Source of the DNA: an uncultured Clostridia bacterium
GTDB lineage: Bacteria > Bacillota > Clostridia > Oscillospirales > Acutalibacteraceae
Length of the DNA stretch: 35,019 bases
Reading direction: 5' to 3'
Assembly (NCBI GenBank): GCA_945869905.1
Contig: CAMBQD010000001.1
Location: forward strand, 1-35,019
The notes beneath the pieces were generated by a model that did not search any database, was not told where the DNA came from, and saw only the letters and a program-made list of their open reading frames with translations. Of this stretch, positions 16,790-25,524 are shown piece by piece. Position 1 is the stretch's first letter; the number at the start of each line of letters is the position of its first letter. Both the position numbers and the translations under genes were made by a program.

Positions 16790-18952
16790 ATGAAAATCAT
16801 TAAGCGAAACGGCTCAGAGGTTGATTTTGATATAAACAAAATTATTGTTGCCGTATCAAAGGCAAATGCTGCCTGTAAAAAAGAAGAGCTTACACCAAGT
16901 CAAATTAACGAAATTGCCGAATATGTCGAGTTTAAAACATCAAAGGCAAACCGCGCTTTATCCGTTGAGGAAATTCAGGATATTGTTGAAAATCAGATTA
17001 TGGCACAGGGTGCATTTGACGTTGCCAGACTTTATGTAAAATACCGCTATAACCGTTCGCTTATCAGAAAGGCAAATACAACAGATAACCAAATCCTTTC
17101 TCTTATCGAATGTAATAACGAAGAGGTTAAGCAGGAAAACTCAAATAAAAACCCAACGGTAAACTCCGTACAGCGTGACTATATGGCAGGTGAGGTTTCC
17201 AAGGATATCACAAAGAGAATTCTTTTGCCGCAGGATATTGTTGACGCTCACGAGCAGGGCATTATCCATTTCCACGACGCAGATTATTTTGCACAGCATA
17301 TGCACAACTGCGACCTTGTTAACCTTGAGGATATGCTCCAAAACGGCACCGTTATTTCAGAAACAATGATTGAAAAGCCCCATAGCTTTTCCACTGCCTG
17401 CAATATTGCAACACAGATTATTGCTCAGGTTGCGTCAAGCCAGTACGGCGGTCAGTCCATTTCTCTTGCGCATCTTGCTCCCTTTGTTCAAATCAGCAGG
17501 GATAAAATTCGCAAGGAGGTTATGGAGGAAGCAGAGCAGTTTGGCTTTAATATGGATGAAAATCAAGTTGCAGAGCTTACCGAAAAGCGCCTGAGGGACG
17601 AGGTTTCAAGAGGTGTACAGACAATTCAGTATCAGGTTGTAACTCTCCTTACCACCAACGGACAGGCTCCCTTTGTTACAGTATTTATGTACCTTAACGA
17701 AGCTAAAAGCGAGCAGGAAAAGAAGGACCTTGCCCTCATTATTGAGGAAACCCTTAAGCAGAGAATACAGGGTGTAAAAAATGAGGACGGCGTTTGGATT
17801 ACTCCTGCATTTCCAAAGCTTATTTATGTACTTGAGAACGATAATGTGGAGGAGGATTCTCCTTACTTCTATCTTACAGAGCTTGCCGCAAGATGCACTG
17901 CAAAGAGAATGGTGCCCGATTACATCTCAGAAAAGAAGATGAAGGAGCTTAAGGAGGGCAACTGCTTCCCTGTTATGGGATGTCGTTCAAATCTTTCTCC
18001 TTGGAAGGACGAAAACGGAAACTATAAATTCTACGGACGTTTTAATCAGGGTGTTGTTACACTTAACCTTGTTGACATTGCCTGCTCCTCCGGCGGCGAT
18101 ATGACAAAGTTTTGGAAAATATTTGACGAGCGTCTTGATTTGTGCTACCGTGCATTAATGTGCCGTCACAACAGACTTAAGGGCACACTGTCCGACGCCG
18201 CACCGATTCTTTGGCAGCACGGTGCAATCGCAAGACTTAAAAAGGGTGAAAAAATTGATTCACTTTTGGTTGGCGGCTATTCAACAATCAGCCTTGGCTA
18301 TGCCGGTCTTTATGAATGTACAAAGTATATGACAGGTATGAGCCATACCGACGAAAACGGCGGCAAGGAATTTGCTCTTAAGGTAATGCGTTATATGAAC
18401 GACGCTTGCACAAGATGGAAAAAGGAAACCACAATCGGCTTCGGTATCTACGGAACTCCTCTTGAGTCCACAACATATAAATTTGCAAAGTGCCTGCAAA
18501 AACGTTTTGGCATTATTCCCGGCGTAACAGATAAAAACTATATTACAAATTCTTATCACGTTCACGTTACTGAGGAAATTGACGCATTTTCAAAGCTTTC
18601 CTTTGAGGCTCCCTTCCAAGAGCTTTCAACCGGCGGTGCCATCTCCTATGTAGAAGTACCGAATATGCAGAACAATATTCCTGCTGTTTTACAGGTTATG
18701 AGATATATTTACGACAATATTATGTATGCCGAGCTTAACACAAAATCCGACTACTGTCAGTGCTGTGGCTATGACGGAGAAATTCAGATTGTTGAAAACG
18801 GTGACGGCAAGCTTGTTTGGAGATGCCCAAAATGCGGCAATGAAGACCAGGATAAAATGAACGTTGCCAGAAGAACCTGCGGCTATATCGGCACACAGTT
18901 CTGGAATCAGGGCAGAACACAGGAAATTAAAGAAAGAGTATTGCATTTATAA
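16790..18952 (+). CDS. nrdD: Anaerobic (class III) ribonucleoside-triphosphate reductase
   Basis: N-terminal ATP cone (IIKRNG), IHFHD, MGCRS, TPLES, TNSYHV, CxxC...CxxC, glycyl-radical motif RRTCGYIG. Confidence 0.97.
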   Translation: MKIIKRNGSEVDFDINKIIVAVSKANAACKKEELTPSQINEIAEYVEFKTSKANRALSVEEIQDIVENQIMAQGAFDVARLYVKYRYNRSLIRKANTTDNQILSLIECNNEEVKQENSNKNPTVNSVQRDYMAGEVSKDITKRILLPQDIVDAHEQGIIHFHDADYFAQHMHNCDLVNLEDMLQNGTVISETMIEKPHSFSTACNIATQIIAQVASSQYGGQSISLAHLAPFVQISRDKIRKEVMEEAEQFGFNMDENQVAELTEKRLRDEVSRGVQTIQYQVVTLLTTNGQAPFVTVFMYLNEAKSEQEKKDLALIIEETLKQRIQGVKNEDGVWITPAFPKLIYVLENDNVEEDSPYFYLTELAARCTAKRMVPDYISEKKMKELKEGNCFPVMGCRSNLSPWKDENGNYKFYGRFNQGVVTLNLVDIACSSGGDMTKFWKIFDERLDLCYRALMCRHNRLKGTLSDAAPILWQHGAIARLKKGEKIDSLLVGGYSTISLGYAGLYECTKYMTGMSHTDENGGKEFALKVMRYMNDACTRWKKETTIGFGIYGTPLESTTYKFAKCLQKRFGIIPGVTDKNYITNSYHVHVTEEIDAFSKLSFEAPFQELSTGGAISYVEVPNMQNNIPAVLQVMRYIYDNIMYAELNTKSDYCQCCGYDGEIQIVENGDGKLVWRCPKCGNEDQDKMNVARRTCGYIGTQFWNQGRTQEIKERVLHL

Positions 18953-18960
18953 AATAACAA

Positions 18961-18982
18961 AGGGCTGTCAAAAGACAGCCCT
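18961..18982. other. Intercistronic hairpin between nrdD and nrdG
   Basis: AGGGCTGTC-AAAA-GACAGCCCT with only a weak U-tract. Confidence 0.5.
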
Positions 18983-19010
18983 ATTATGTATTCTGTTTTG
19001 GAGAAATAAT

Positions 19011-19535
19011 ATGAACTACGGCGAAATCAAAAAAAACGACATTGCAAACGGTGAGGGCGTTAGGACATCGCTTTTCGTTTCCGGTTGCCGACACCACTGT
19101 AAAAACTGCTTTAATCAAAGCACCTGGGACTTTGGCTTCGGCGAGCCCTTTACGGAAAAAACAATGCAGGAAATACTTGATGCCTGCTCGCCCCATTGGA
19201 TAAACGGCCTGTCACTGCTTGGGGGTGAGCCCTTTGAGCCTGAAAATCAAAGGGTGCTTTTACCGTTTCTCATAATGTTCAGGGAACGTTTTCCCGAAAA
19301 GGATGTGTGGTGCTATTCGGGATTTACCTTTGAGGATATCACAGGCAAAAATCAGTCAAGGGCCTTCACCGATATCAGCAGTGAAATGCTCAAATTGATT
19401 GACGTTCTTGTGGACGGTCCCTTTGTGGAGGAAAAAAAGGACATTTCTCTGGTGTTTCGCGGCTCGTCAAACCAACGTGTTATTGATGTAAAGAAAACAC
19501 TTGAGCAAAATAAAATAGTTTTATATCTTGAATAA
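19011..19535 (+). CDS. nrdG: Anaerobic RNR activating protein (radical SAM)
   Basis: MNYGEIK..DIANGEGVRTSLFVSGC.HHC.NCFN, LGGEPF, LVDGPF, FRGSSNQR; GGAG RBS before ATG 19011. Confidence 0.95.
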   Translation: MNYGEIKKNDIANGEGVRTSLFVSGCRHHCKNCFNQSTWDFGFGEPFTEKTMQEILDACSPHWINGLSLLGGEPFEPENQRVLLPFLIMFRERFPEKDVWCYSGFTFEDITGKNQSRAFTDISSEMLKLIDVLVDGPFVEEKKDISLVFRGSSNQRVIDVKKTLEQNKIVLYLE

Positions 19536-19541
19536 CAAAAG

Positions 19542-19561
19542 GGCGGTCATCTTTGACCGCC
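19542..19561 (+). repeat. REP-like palindrome, left copy
   Basis: GGCGGTCA-TCTT-TGACCGCC; 19542-19560 is the exact reverse complement of 19842-19860. Confidence 0.75.
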
Positions 19562-19563
19562 TC

Positions 19564-19728
19564 AGCGTGTAGAAAAAATCCAAGTAACAAATTTCTACAC
19601 GCTGTTAGACTTCGAGAAATGGAACTGAATTTCGTTTTCTTGCGAGTGGGAGCTGTACGATGGTACCGCCCCCGAGCAAAAAACGGAAAGCGCCAAAACA
19701 GCCTTGGGTTCAATGCCCAAGGCTGTTT
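19564..19728. repeat. Structured dispersed repeat / candidate ncRNA, copy 1
   Basis: Collinear with 34781-34946; three hairpins with compensatory changes. Confidence 0.85.
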
Positions 19729-19733
19729 CCAAT

Positions 19734-19781
19734 CCCTCTGTCAGCACTGTGTGCTGCTACCTCCCTTTTACAAGGGAGGCT
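19734..19781 (+). repeat. Double-hairpin intergenic element (CCCTCTGTCAGC...CCTCCCTT..AAGGGAGG type)
   Basis: CAGCAC-TGT-GTGCTG then CCTCCCTT-TTAC-AAGGGAGG; resembles clostridial intergenic repeats I recall, but only one full copy is in the window. Confidence 0.5.
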
Positions 19782-19841
19782 TAATTTGGTTATATTGATT
19801 TTATTTTGGCGTGGTTCAGTCCACTTTATCGACAGTCTTGT

Positions 19842-19863
19842 GCGGTCAAAGATGACCGCCTAC
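19842..19863 (-). repeat. GTAG-type REP-like palindrome, right copy
   Basis: The - strand reads GTAG-GCGGTCA-TCTT-TGACCGC. Confidence 0.75.
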
Positions 19864-20586
19864 TTTGTTGAAATCTTTTATATTTTCTTTTATCAGAGCA
19901 AAAATTTCTCTTATCAAAAACGTGGGCAACAAATTCCACTTTGTTTTTGATGAAACTGAGGACGCTTTTATGCCGTAACGGCTGCAAATCAGCCTTGCTC
20001 TTTTTTGATGATACTCGGAGGTGGCAATAGCCGCCTCCCTTTCCATTCCCAGCTCCTCCATTATTGCAAGGGAAAATCTTATGTTTTCATCTGTGCTGGT
20101 GGATTTATCCTCCAAAATCAGCCTGTCCTTTGCTATCCCTCTGTCATAGAGAAGCTGCTGCATACAAAGTGCCTCGGACAGATTTTCGCCCCTGCCCTGA
20201 CCTCCGCTTAAAATTGCAACAGAGGTGGGATTGCTGAGTAAAAATCTGTATGCCGCATCTGTTCGCTTTAACAGTGCAAGGCTGGGTCTGTCACCCTTTA
20301 CCTTGCATCCAAGAACAATAACAACCCTTTCGCTTTCAGCGTCTGTTTTTCCGGAAGCATACACGTTTCTCATTAACAAAAGCATCAGCAATAACACGCA
20401 TGCGGCAATAACTGCCACAAGCCTTTGATTAGTCACATCAAGTCTGTTAAGGAATACGCCCAAAAGCACATATGCCGCACCCAACAGCATACCGACTATG
20501 TTGCCGAAATTCAGCACTCTGTCAAAAACAGCCGCCGCAAATGCAACAAACACTGCGGCGCCGATAATTATAAACACTATCTGCAT
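19846..20586 (-). CDS. YdcF/DUF218 (ElyC/SanA-like) membrane protein
   Basis: Three N-terminal TM helices; VIVLGC, ILSGGQG, SEA..M, EDKSTSTDENIRFS, TSEYHQKRA, RE. Confidence 0.9.
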   Translation of the reverse strand: MQIVFIIIGAAVFVAFAAAVFDRVLNFGNIVGMLLGAAYVLLGVFLNRLDVTNQRLVAVIAACVLLLMLLLMRNVYASGKTDAESERVVIVLGCKVKGDRPSLALLKRTDAAYRFLLSNPTSVAILSGGQGRGENLSEALCMQQLLYDRGIAKDRLILEDKSTSTDENIRFSLAIMEELGMEREAAIATSEYHQKRARLICSRYGIKASSVSSKTKWNLLPTFLIREIFALIKENIKDFNKVGGHL

Positions 20587-21872
20587 TATTTCTTAGGTAC
20601 TATTCTGTCCTTGCCGCCCATATACATACGCAGTGCCTCCGGAATAAGAACCGAGCCGTCCTCCTGCAGGTTGTTTTCAAGGAAGGCGATAAGCATTCTC
20701 GGCGGAGCAACAACGGTATTATTAAGAGTGTGGGCAAGGTAATTTCCGTTTTCACCTTTTACTCTGATTTTAAGACGTCTTGCCTGAGCGTCGGTAAGGT
20801 TTGAGCAGGAGCCAACCTCAAAATATTTTTTCTGCCTTGGTGACCAGGCCTCAACGTCTACTGACTTAACCTTTAAATCTGCCAAATCACCTGAACAGCA
20901 CTCAAGAGTTCTTACAGGGATATCAAGAGAACGGAAAAGGTCAACAGTGTTCTGCCAAAGCCTATCAAACCACATTTTTGACTCCTCCGGCTTGCAGACA
21001 ACAACCATTTCCTGCTTTTCAAACTGGTGAATACGGTACACACCGCGTTCCTCAATACCGTGTGCACCCTTCTCCTTTCTAAAGCAGGGAGAATATGATG
21101 TAAGAGTTTTCGGCAGCTCCGACTCCGGCGTAATGGTGTCAATGAACTTGCCTATCATTGAATGCTCGGAGGTACCGATAAGATAAAGGTCCTCGCCCTC
21201 AATTTTGTACATCATTGCGTCCATTTCCTCAAAGCTCATAACGCCTGTTACAACGTTTGACCTAATCATAAACGGAGGAACAACATAAGTAAAGCCTCTG
21301 TCAATCATAAAATCTCTGGCGTAGCTGATTACTGCGCTGTGGAGCCTTGCAATATCACCCATCAGATAGTAAAATCCGTTTCCTGCAACTCTGCCTGCCG
21401 CCTCTAAATCAATGCCGTCGAAGGTTTCCATAATATCGGTGTGATAAGGAATTTCATAATCCGGCACAACAGGCTCGCCGTATCTTTGCACCTCTACATT
21501 TTCACTGTCGTCCTTGCCGATTGGCACAGAGTCGTCAATAATATTGGGAATAACCATCATAATTGAGGTTACCTTTTCGTTAAGCTCCTTTTCCTTAACG
21601 GCAAGCTCCTCCAACTCCTTCGCCTGCGCGTTTACCTGCTCACGGATTGCCATGCCCTCTTCCTTTTTTCCCTGTGACATAAGCATACCGATTTCCTTTG
21701 AAAGCTTGTTTCTGTTGGCTCTCAGCTCGTCGGCTCTTGCCATTGCTGCGCGTCTTTCCTCGTCAAGAGCAATTACCTCGTCAACCAACGGAAGCTTTTT
21801 GTCCTGAAATTTCTTTTTGATATTTTCCTTTACTATCTCAGGGTTTTCTCTTACAAATTTAATATCCAGCAT
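20586..21872 (-). CDS. serS: Serine--tRNA ligase
   Basis: MLDIKFVREN coiled-coil arm, LIGTSE, CFRKEKG, RIHQFEKQE, EVGSCSN, HTLNNT. Confidence 0.97.
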   Translation of the reverse strand: MLDIKFVRENPEIVKENIKKKFQDKKLPLVDEVIALDEERRAAMARADELRANRNKLSKEIGMLMSQGKKEEGMAIREQVNAQAKELEELAVKEKELNEKVTSIMMVIPNIIDDSVPIGKDDSENVEVQRYGEPVVPDYEIPYHTDIMETFDGIDLEAAGRVAGNGFYYLMGDIARLHSAVISYARDFMIDRGFTYVVPPFMIRSNVVTGVMSFEEMDAMMYKIEGEDLYLIGTSEHSMIGKFIDTITPESELPKTLTSYSPCFRKEKGAHGIEERGVYRIHQFEKQEMVVVCKPEESKMWFDRLWQNTVDLFRSLDIPVRTLECCSGDLADLKVKSVDVEAWSPRQKKYFEVGSCSNLTDAQARRLKIRVKGENGNYLAHTLNNTVVAPPRMLIAFLENNLQEDGSVLIPEALRMYMGGKDRIVPKK

Positions 21873-21874
21873 TT

Positions 21875-22723
21875 TTATTCTCCTAACTTATTTGCTATCT
21901 CTTTTAAATCCTCGGCTGAGTAGAACTCTATGTCCAGTGTGCCCTTTCCTCTGCCGTTATAAACCTTAACCTTCCTGCCAAGAACCTCTGTTAATGACAG
22001 CTCAACCTCGTCATAAAACGAGTCGCGCCTTTTTGATGATGAACGCAATTTCACCGTTCTCTCGCTGATTTTTGCAAGGCGTTCCACATCACGAACGGTT
22101 AAATTGTTCTTAACAATATTCTGAGCCGCCTCATAAATCATTGCCTCATTGTCAAAGGCAAGCAATGCTCTGGCGTGACCTGCGGAGATTTCACCGTTTC
22201 TGGTCATATCACGCACTTCCTTTGGCAGCTTTAAAAGTCTTAATGAGTTCGCAATAGCCGGTCTTGATTTACCAACGGATACTGCCACGTCCTCTTGGGT
22301 GAAGCCGCATCTGTCAATCAGTGCCTGCAAACCCTCTGCCTCTTCAATTGGGTTTAAGTCCTCTCTCTGCAGGTTTTCGATTATTGCAATTTCCATTGTT
22401 TCCACGTCGGAAAGCTCCTTGATTACAACAGGAACCTCTTTAAGTCCTGCAATTCTTGATGCTCTCCAGCGTCTTTCGCCGGCTACAAGCTGGTATCCGC
22501 CTGCAGGCAACGGTCTTACAAGCAGGGGCTGTAAAACACCGTGCTGTGATATACTGTCCGCCAGCTCCTGCAACGCACCTTCGTCAAAGGTTTTTCTGGG
22601 CTGGTCCTTGTTTGGAACAATATCATTGATTGACAGGGTGTTTGTTGGCATTGCTTCATCTACGGAATTTTCCAGCATAAGTGCATTTAAGCCCTTACCT
22701 AAGCCGGATTGTTTTTTTGCCAT
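21875..22723 (-). CDS. parB: Chromosome partitioning protein ParB/Spo0J
   Basis: GLGKGLNAL ParA-activating peptide, QPRKTF, AGERRWRA, ENLQREDLNPIEEA, GKSRPAIAN, SAGHARALL. Confidence 0.95.
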   Translation of the reverse strand: MAKKQSGLGKGLNALMLENSVDEAMPTNTLSINDIVPNKDQPRKTFDEGALQELADSISQHGVLQPLLVRPLPAGGYQLVAGERRWRASRIAGLKEVPVVIKELSDVETMEIAIIENLQREDLNPIEEAEGLQALIDRCGFTQEDVAVSVGKSRPAIANSLRLLKLPKEVRDMTRNGEISAGHARALLAFDNEAMIYEAAQNIVKNNLTVRDVERLAKISERTVKLRSSSKRRDSFYDEVELSLTEVLGRKVKVYNGRGKGTLDIEFYSAEDLKEIANKLGE

Positions 22724-22736
22724 TACTTCTCCTCCT

Positions 22737-23636
22737 TTATGTTTTAGATAAACGTTTATGCTTTTTCATTTCAATATTCGGTAAAATCATTGCCCCGAGA
22801 ATAAGCACTATTCCTGCTATTTTTGACACCGTTACAGTGTCCTTAAAAGCAAATATACCGATAAGTGCCGCCACAATAGGCTCTGTTGCCGCTAAAATCG
22901 ACGCCGTTGACGGCTCCAGCTTTTTTAGACCGATTGTGTAAAATACGTACGGCAATGCACCGCAAATTATTCCTGCGAAACAGGATATAGGCAATATAAC
23001 GGGATTTAGCGTGCATTTTTCTATCAGCACGGTAGGCTTAACCATAAAGCCATAGCTAACCGTTGACAGCAAAAACGTATAAAATGTAATTGTTATGGTG
23101 TTATATTTCTTTGTTGCATACCTGCCGAATATGGTATAAAGGGCATATCCTAAGCCTGAGCCAAGCCCTGTAATCAGAACCTTAAAGGACAGCCTGACTG
23201 CACTGCCGATAAGCCCTGTCACAAGAGTACATCCAAAAACCGTAAGGCACATTGCAATTATCTTTTGCCACGTAATTCTTTCCTTAAAAAGTAATGCTGA
23301 CAAAAGCATTACCCATACAGGTGCCGTGTACAATAGCGACACCGCAACAGACGCCTCTGACTCGATAATCGTGTTGTAATAACAAAAATTAAAGAATGTC
23401 AGGCTGAATACTCCTGTACCCACAAACATCCAAATGTCTTTTATGTCTATCCTAAACAACGATGGCTTGTATATAAGCATTGCAATAAACATACAAATTA
23501 CACAACACGCCATACGCAAAAAGCCCATTTCAATGCTTGTTACCGAATATGTGCTTAGAATATTTACTGCAATACAGCTCATACCCCAAAGAATACCGGC
23601 AAGAACAACAAATAACACCGGTTTTGCTCTTTTCAT
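22737..23636 (-). CDS. DMT/EamA-family transporter
   Basis: About 10 TM helices in two repeats; ILWG, LLYTAP, LFKERIT, ASILAATEPIVA. Confidence 0.9.
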   Translation of the reverse strand: MKRAKPVLFVVLAGILWGMSCIAVNILSTYSVTSIEMGFLRMACCVICMFIAMLIYKPSLFRIDIKDIWMFVGTGVFSLTFFNFCYYNTIIESEASVAVSLLYTAPVWVMLLSALLFKERITWQKIIAMCLTVFGCTLVTGLIGSAVRLSFKVLITGLGSGLGYALYTIFGRYATKKYNTITITFYTFLLSTVSYGFMVKPTVLIEKCTLNPVILPISCFAGIICGALPYVFYTIGLKKLEPSTASILAATEPIVAALIGIFAFKDTVTVSKIAGIVLILGAMILPNIEMKKHKRLSKT

Positions 23637-23661
23637 ATTAAATTGTTCTCCATTGTGTAGT

Positions 23662-24423
23662 TTATTGCTTTTTCAGGAACTCCTCAGTCAGCTTTTTATA
23701 AGCAAAGCTGGGCTTGGAGTATTTTTCATAGTATAAAACAGGCTCACCAAAGCTTGGAGCCTCTGCAAGCTTTACACTGCGCGGAATAAATGTCTTATAG
23801 GATTTGTTGGGGAAGAACCTGTCCACCTCGTCAATTACCTGCTGATTTAGCTTTAATCTGCTGTCATACATTGTAAATACAATGCCCTCAAGCTCCAAAT
23901 GCTCATTATAGTTCTGTTTTACTGTACGAACAGTGCTTACAAGCTGACTTAAGCCCTCAAGTGCATAATATTCGCACTGCAAGGGGACTATCAAGGTGTC
24001 GGACGCAGTCAAAGCATTAAGGCTAAGCAGACCTAAGCTTGGCGGACAGTCAATAATTATGTAATCGAAATCCAAAACAATCGGTGCCAAAGCCTTTTTT
24101 AACACATTAAATCTGTTTTCATTCTCTGCAAGCTCCAGCTCTGCACCTGCTAAATTCATATTTGCAGGCAATAAAAACAAATTTTTAAATTCCGTTTGCA
24201 CAATTGCATCCTTAACAGGCACACCGTTTATCAGCACATCATATGATGACGCCTCTAAATCTGACTTGTCAATACCCACACCGCTGGTGGAATTGCCCTG
24301 CGGGTCCACATCAACAAGCAGTGTTTTTTTGTCTTTTTGTCCTAAAGCCGCGGCAAAGTTAATACAAGTTGTGGTTTTTCCCACGCCGCCTTTTTGGTTA
24401 AATATAGATACGGTTTTACCCAT
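23662..24423 (-). CDS. parA: ParA/Soj ATPase
   Basis: NQKGGVGKTTT, DVDPQGN, IIDCPPSLG, QCEYYALEG, IPRSVKLAEAPS; GGAGG RBS before ATG 24423. Confidence 0.95.
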   Translation of the reverse strand: MGKTVSIFNQKGGVGKTTTCINFAAALGQKDKKTLLVDVDPQGNSTSGVGIDKSDLEASSYDVLINGVPVKDAIVQTEFKNLFLLPANMNLAGAELELAENENRFNVLKKALAPIVLDFDYIIIDCPPSLGLLSLNALTASDTLIVPLQCEYYALEGLSQLVSTVRTVKQNYNEHLELEGIVFTMYDSRLKLNQQVIDEVDRFFPNKSYKTFIPRSVKLAEAPSFGEPVLYYEKYSKPSFAYKKLTEEFLKKQ

Positions 24424-24444
24424 AATAGCACCTCCGTGATATAC

Positions 24445-24473
24445 ATTATACAATATTCATTTAACAGGGGCAA
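24445..24473 (-). promoter_or_regulatory. Putative sigma-A promoter of parA
   Basis: TTGCCC-17-TATAAT on the - strand. Confidence 0.6.
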
Positions 24474-24475
24474 GT

Positions 24476-24491
24476 AGTTTCACGTGAAACA
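24476..24491. promoter_or_regulatory. parS site 1
   Basis: AGTTTCACGTGAAACA, 15/16 match to TGTTTCACGTGAAACA. Confidence 0.9.
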
Positions 24492-24546
24492 ATGAGAAAA
24501 TTTTTGGCAGATTGTGTTCTTAAAAGCAATATGCACAATATGTTGG

Positions 24547-24562
24547 TGTTTCACGTGAAACT
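24547..24562. promoter_or_regulatory. parS site 2
   Basis: TGTTTCACGTGAAACT, 15/16 match to consensus. Confidence 0.9.
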
Positions 24563-24586
24563 TTTATATTTTTGCTTCATAAAGCA

Positions 24587-24614
24587 GAAAAAACGAGCTT
24601 TCGCTCGTTTTTTC
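24587..24614 (-). terminator. Intrinsic terminator after noc
   Basis: GAAAAAACGAGC-TTTC-GCTCGTTTTTTC. Confidence 0.7.
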
Positions 24615-24657
24615 CACGTGATGAAAAGAGGAGAATATGTTAAAACGGTTTCCCGTT

Positions 24658-25479
24658 TTAAGCGGAATTGGTACACATTTCTGTGTCTTTTATAGGTTTA
24701 CCTTGATTGTCCTTAGGTATTCTTACTCTAAACTCTATATAATCGTCTGTTTCTGTTTTGTCTGACTCGGCGTCAATGCCTGCGTCCTTCATTGTTTGTA
24801 TTGCCTTGTTAAACGTGTTTACAAATATTCTTACATCCTTAAATATACGCACCACATTGCGCTTAGGCTTTGCCTTTTTTTCTGTGATACTGTCAATGTA
24901 TGCCTCTGTTTGCTCAACATTAAGGTGCCTATCCTTAATTATCTTAAGGGTTGTCCACATATCCTTTTCCTTGCTAAGCCTTAAGAGCGCTCTTGCGTGC
25001 CTCTCCGTTAAGCCTTCTTTTTCTATGAAATATCTAACATCAACAGGCAGCTTTAATAATCTTAGCTTATTTGAAAGGGCGGACTGACTTTTACCCAGCT
25101 TTTTTCCTATTTCCTCCTGAGTCATACCAAAGTGGTTAATAAGCTGGCTTATTGCCTGAGCCTCCTCAAAAAAATCCAAGTCACTGCGCTGGATGTTTTC
25201 CAAAATAGAAAAAACTGCGCTGGATTCATAATCACAGTCTATTATCACACAGGGCACTGTTTGGCAATTGGCCAGAATGGACGCTCTCAAACGCCTTTCA
25301 CCTGCCACCACCTCGTAATAATCGCTGTTATTAATTTGCCTGCATAAAAGAGGCTGTAAAACCCCGTTTTCCTTAATGGACTCAGACAGAGAAAGCATTT
25401 CCTCACTTTTAAACTGCTTTCTGGGTTGATATGGGTTTGGCAATAATTTTTCTGTAGGAATCTGAATTATCTTGTCCAC
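24658..25479 (-). CDS. noc: Noc-like ParB paralogue
   Basis: ParB domain (PNPYQPRK, AGERRLRA, ENIQR); HTH GKSQSALSNKLRLLK and TERHAR are Noc-type; located between rsmG and parA. Confidence 0.8.
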   Translation of the reverse strand: MDKIIQIPTEKLLPNPYQPRKQFKSEEMLSLSESIKENGVLQPLLCRQINNSDYYEVVAGERRLRASILANCQTVPCVIIDCDYESSAVFSILENIQRSDLDFFEEAQAISQLINHFGMTQEEIGKKLGKSQSALSNKLRLLKLPVDVRYFIEKEGLTERHARALLRLSKEKDMWTTLKIIKDRHLNVEQTEAYIDSITEKKAKPKRNVVRIFKDVRIFVNTFNKAIQTMKDAGIDAESDKTETDDYIEFRVRIPKDNQGKPIKDTEMCTNSA

Positions 25480-25524
25480 TCACCTCAGCTCCTTGTCTAA
25501 ACTATACCACAAAGTTTGTATGAA

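Noticed and set aside
18864-19010. N-terminal extension of nrdG
   Set aside because: It overlaps the nrdD 3' end and a hairpin; the family-typical start MNYG with RBS is at 19011.
19564-19603. AATTTCTAC similarity to Cas12a-type CRISPR repeats
   Set aside because: No repeat-spacer array or cas genes; the motif is one arm of hairpin H1.
19621-19694. Hammerhead ribozyme idea (CTGA...stem...GAAA)
   Set aside because: The core reads CUGAAUU, not CUGANGA, and I could not build stems I and III.
19480-19950. Short ORFs across the repeat cluster (19480..19713, 19553..19798, 19660..19950) and 34603..34944
   Set aside because: No RBS or recognisable domain; differences between the repeat copies follow base pairing and include indels rather than preserving codons.
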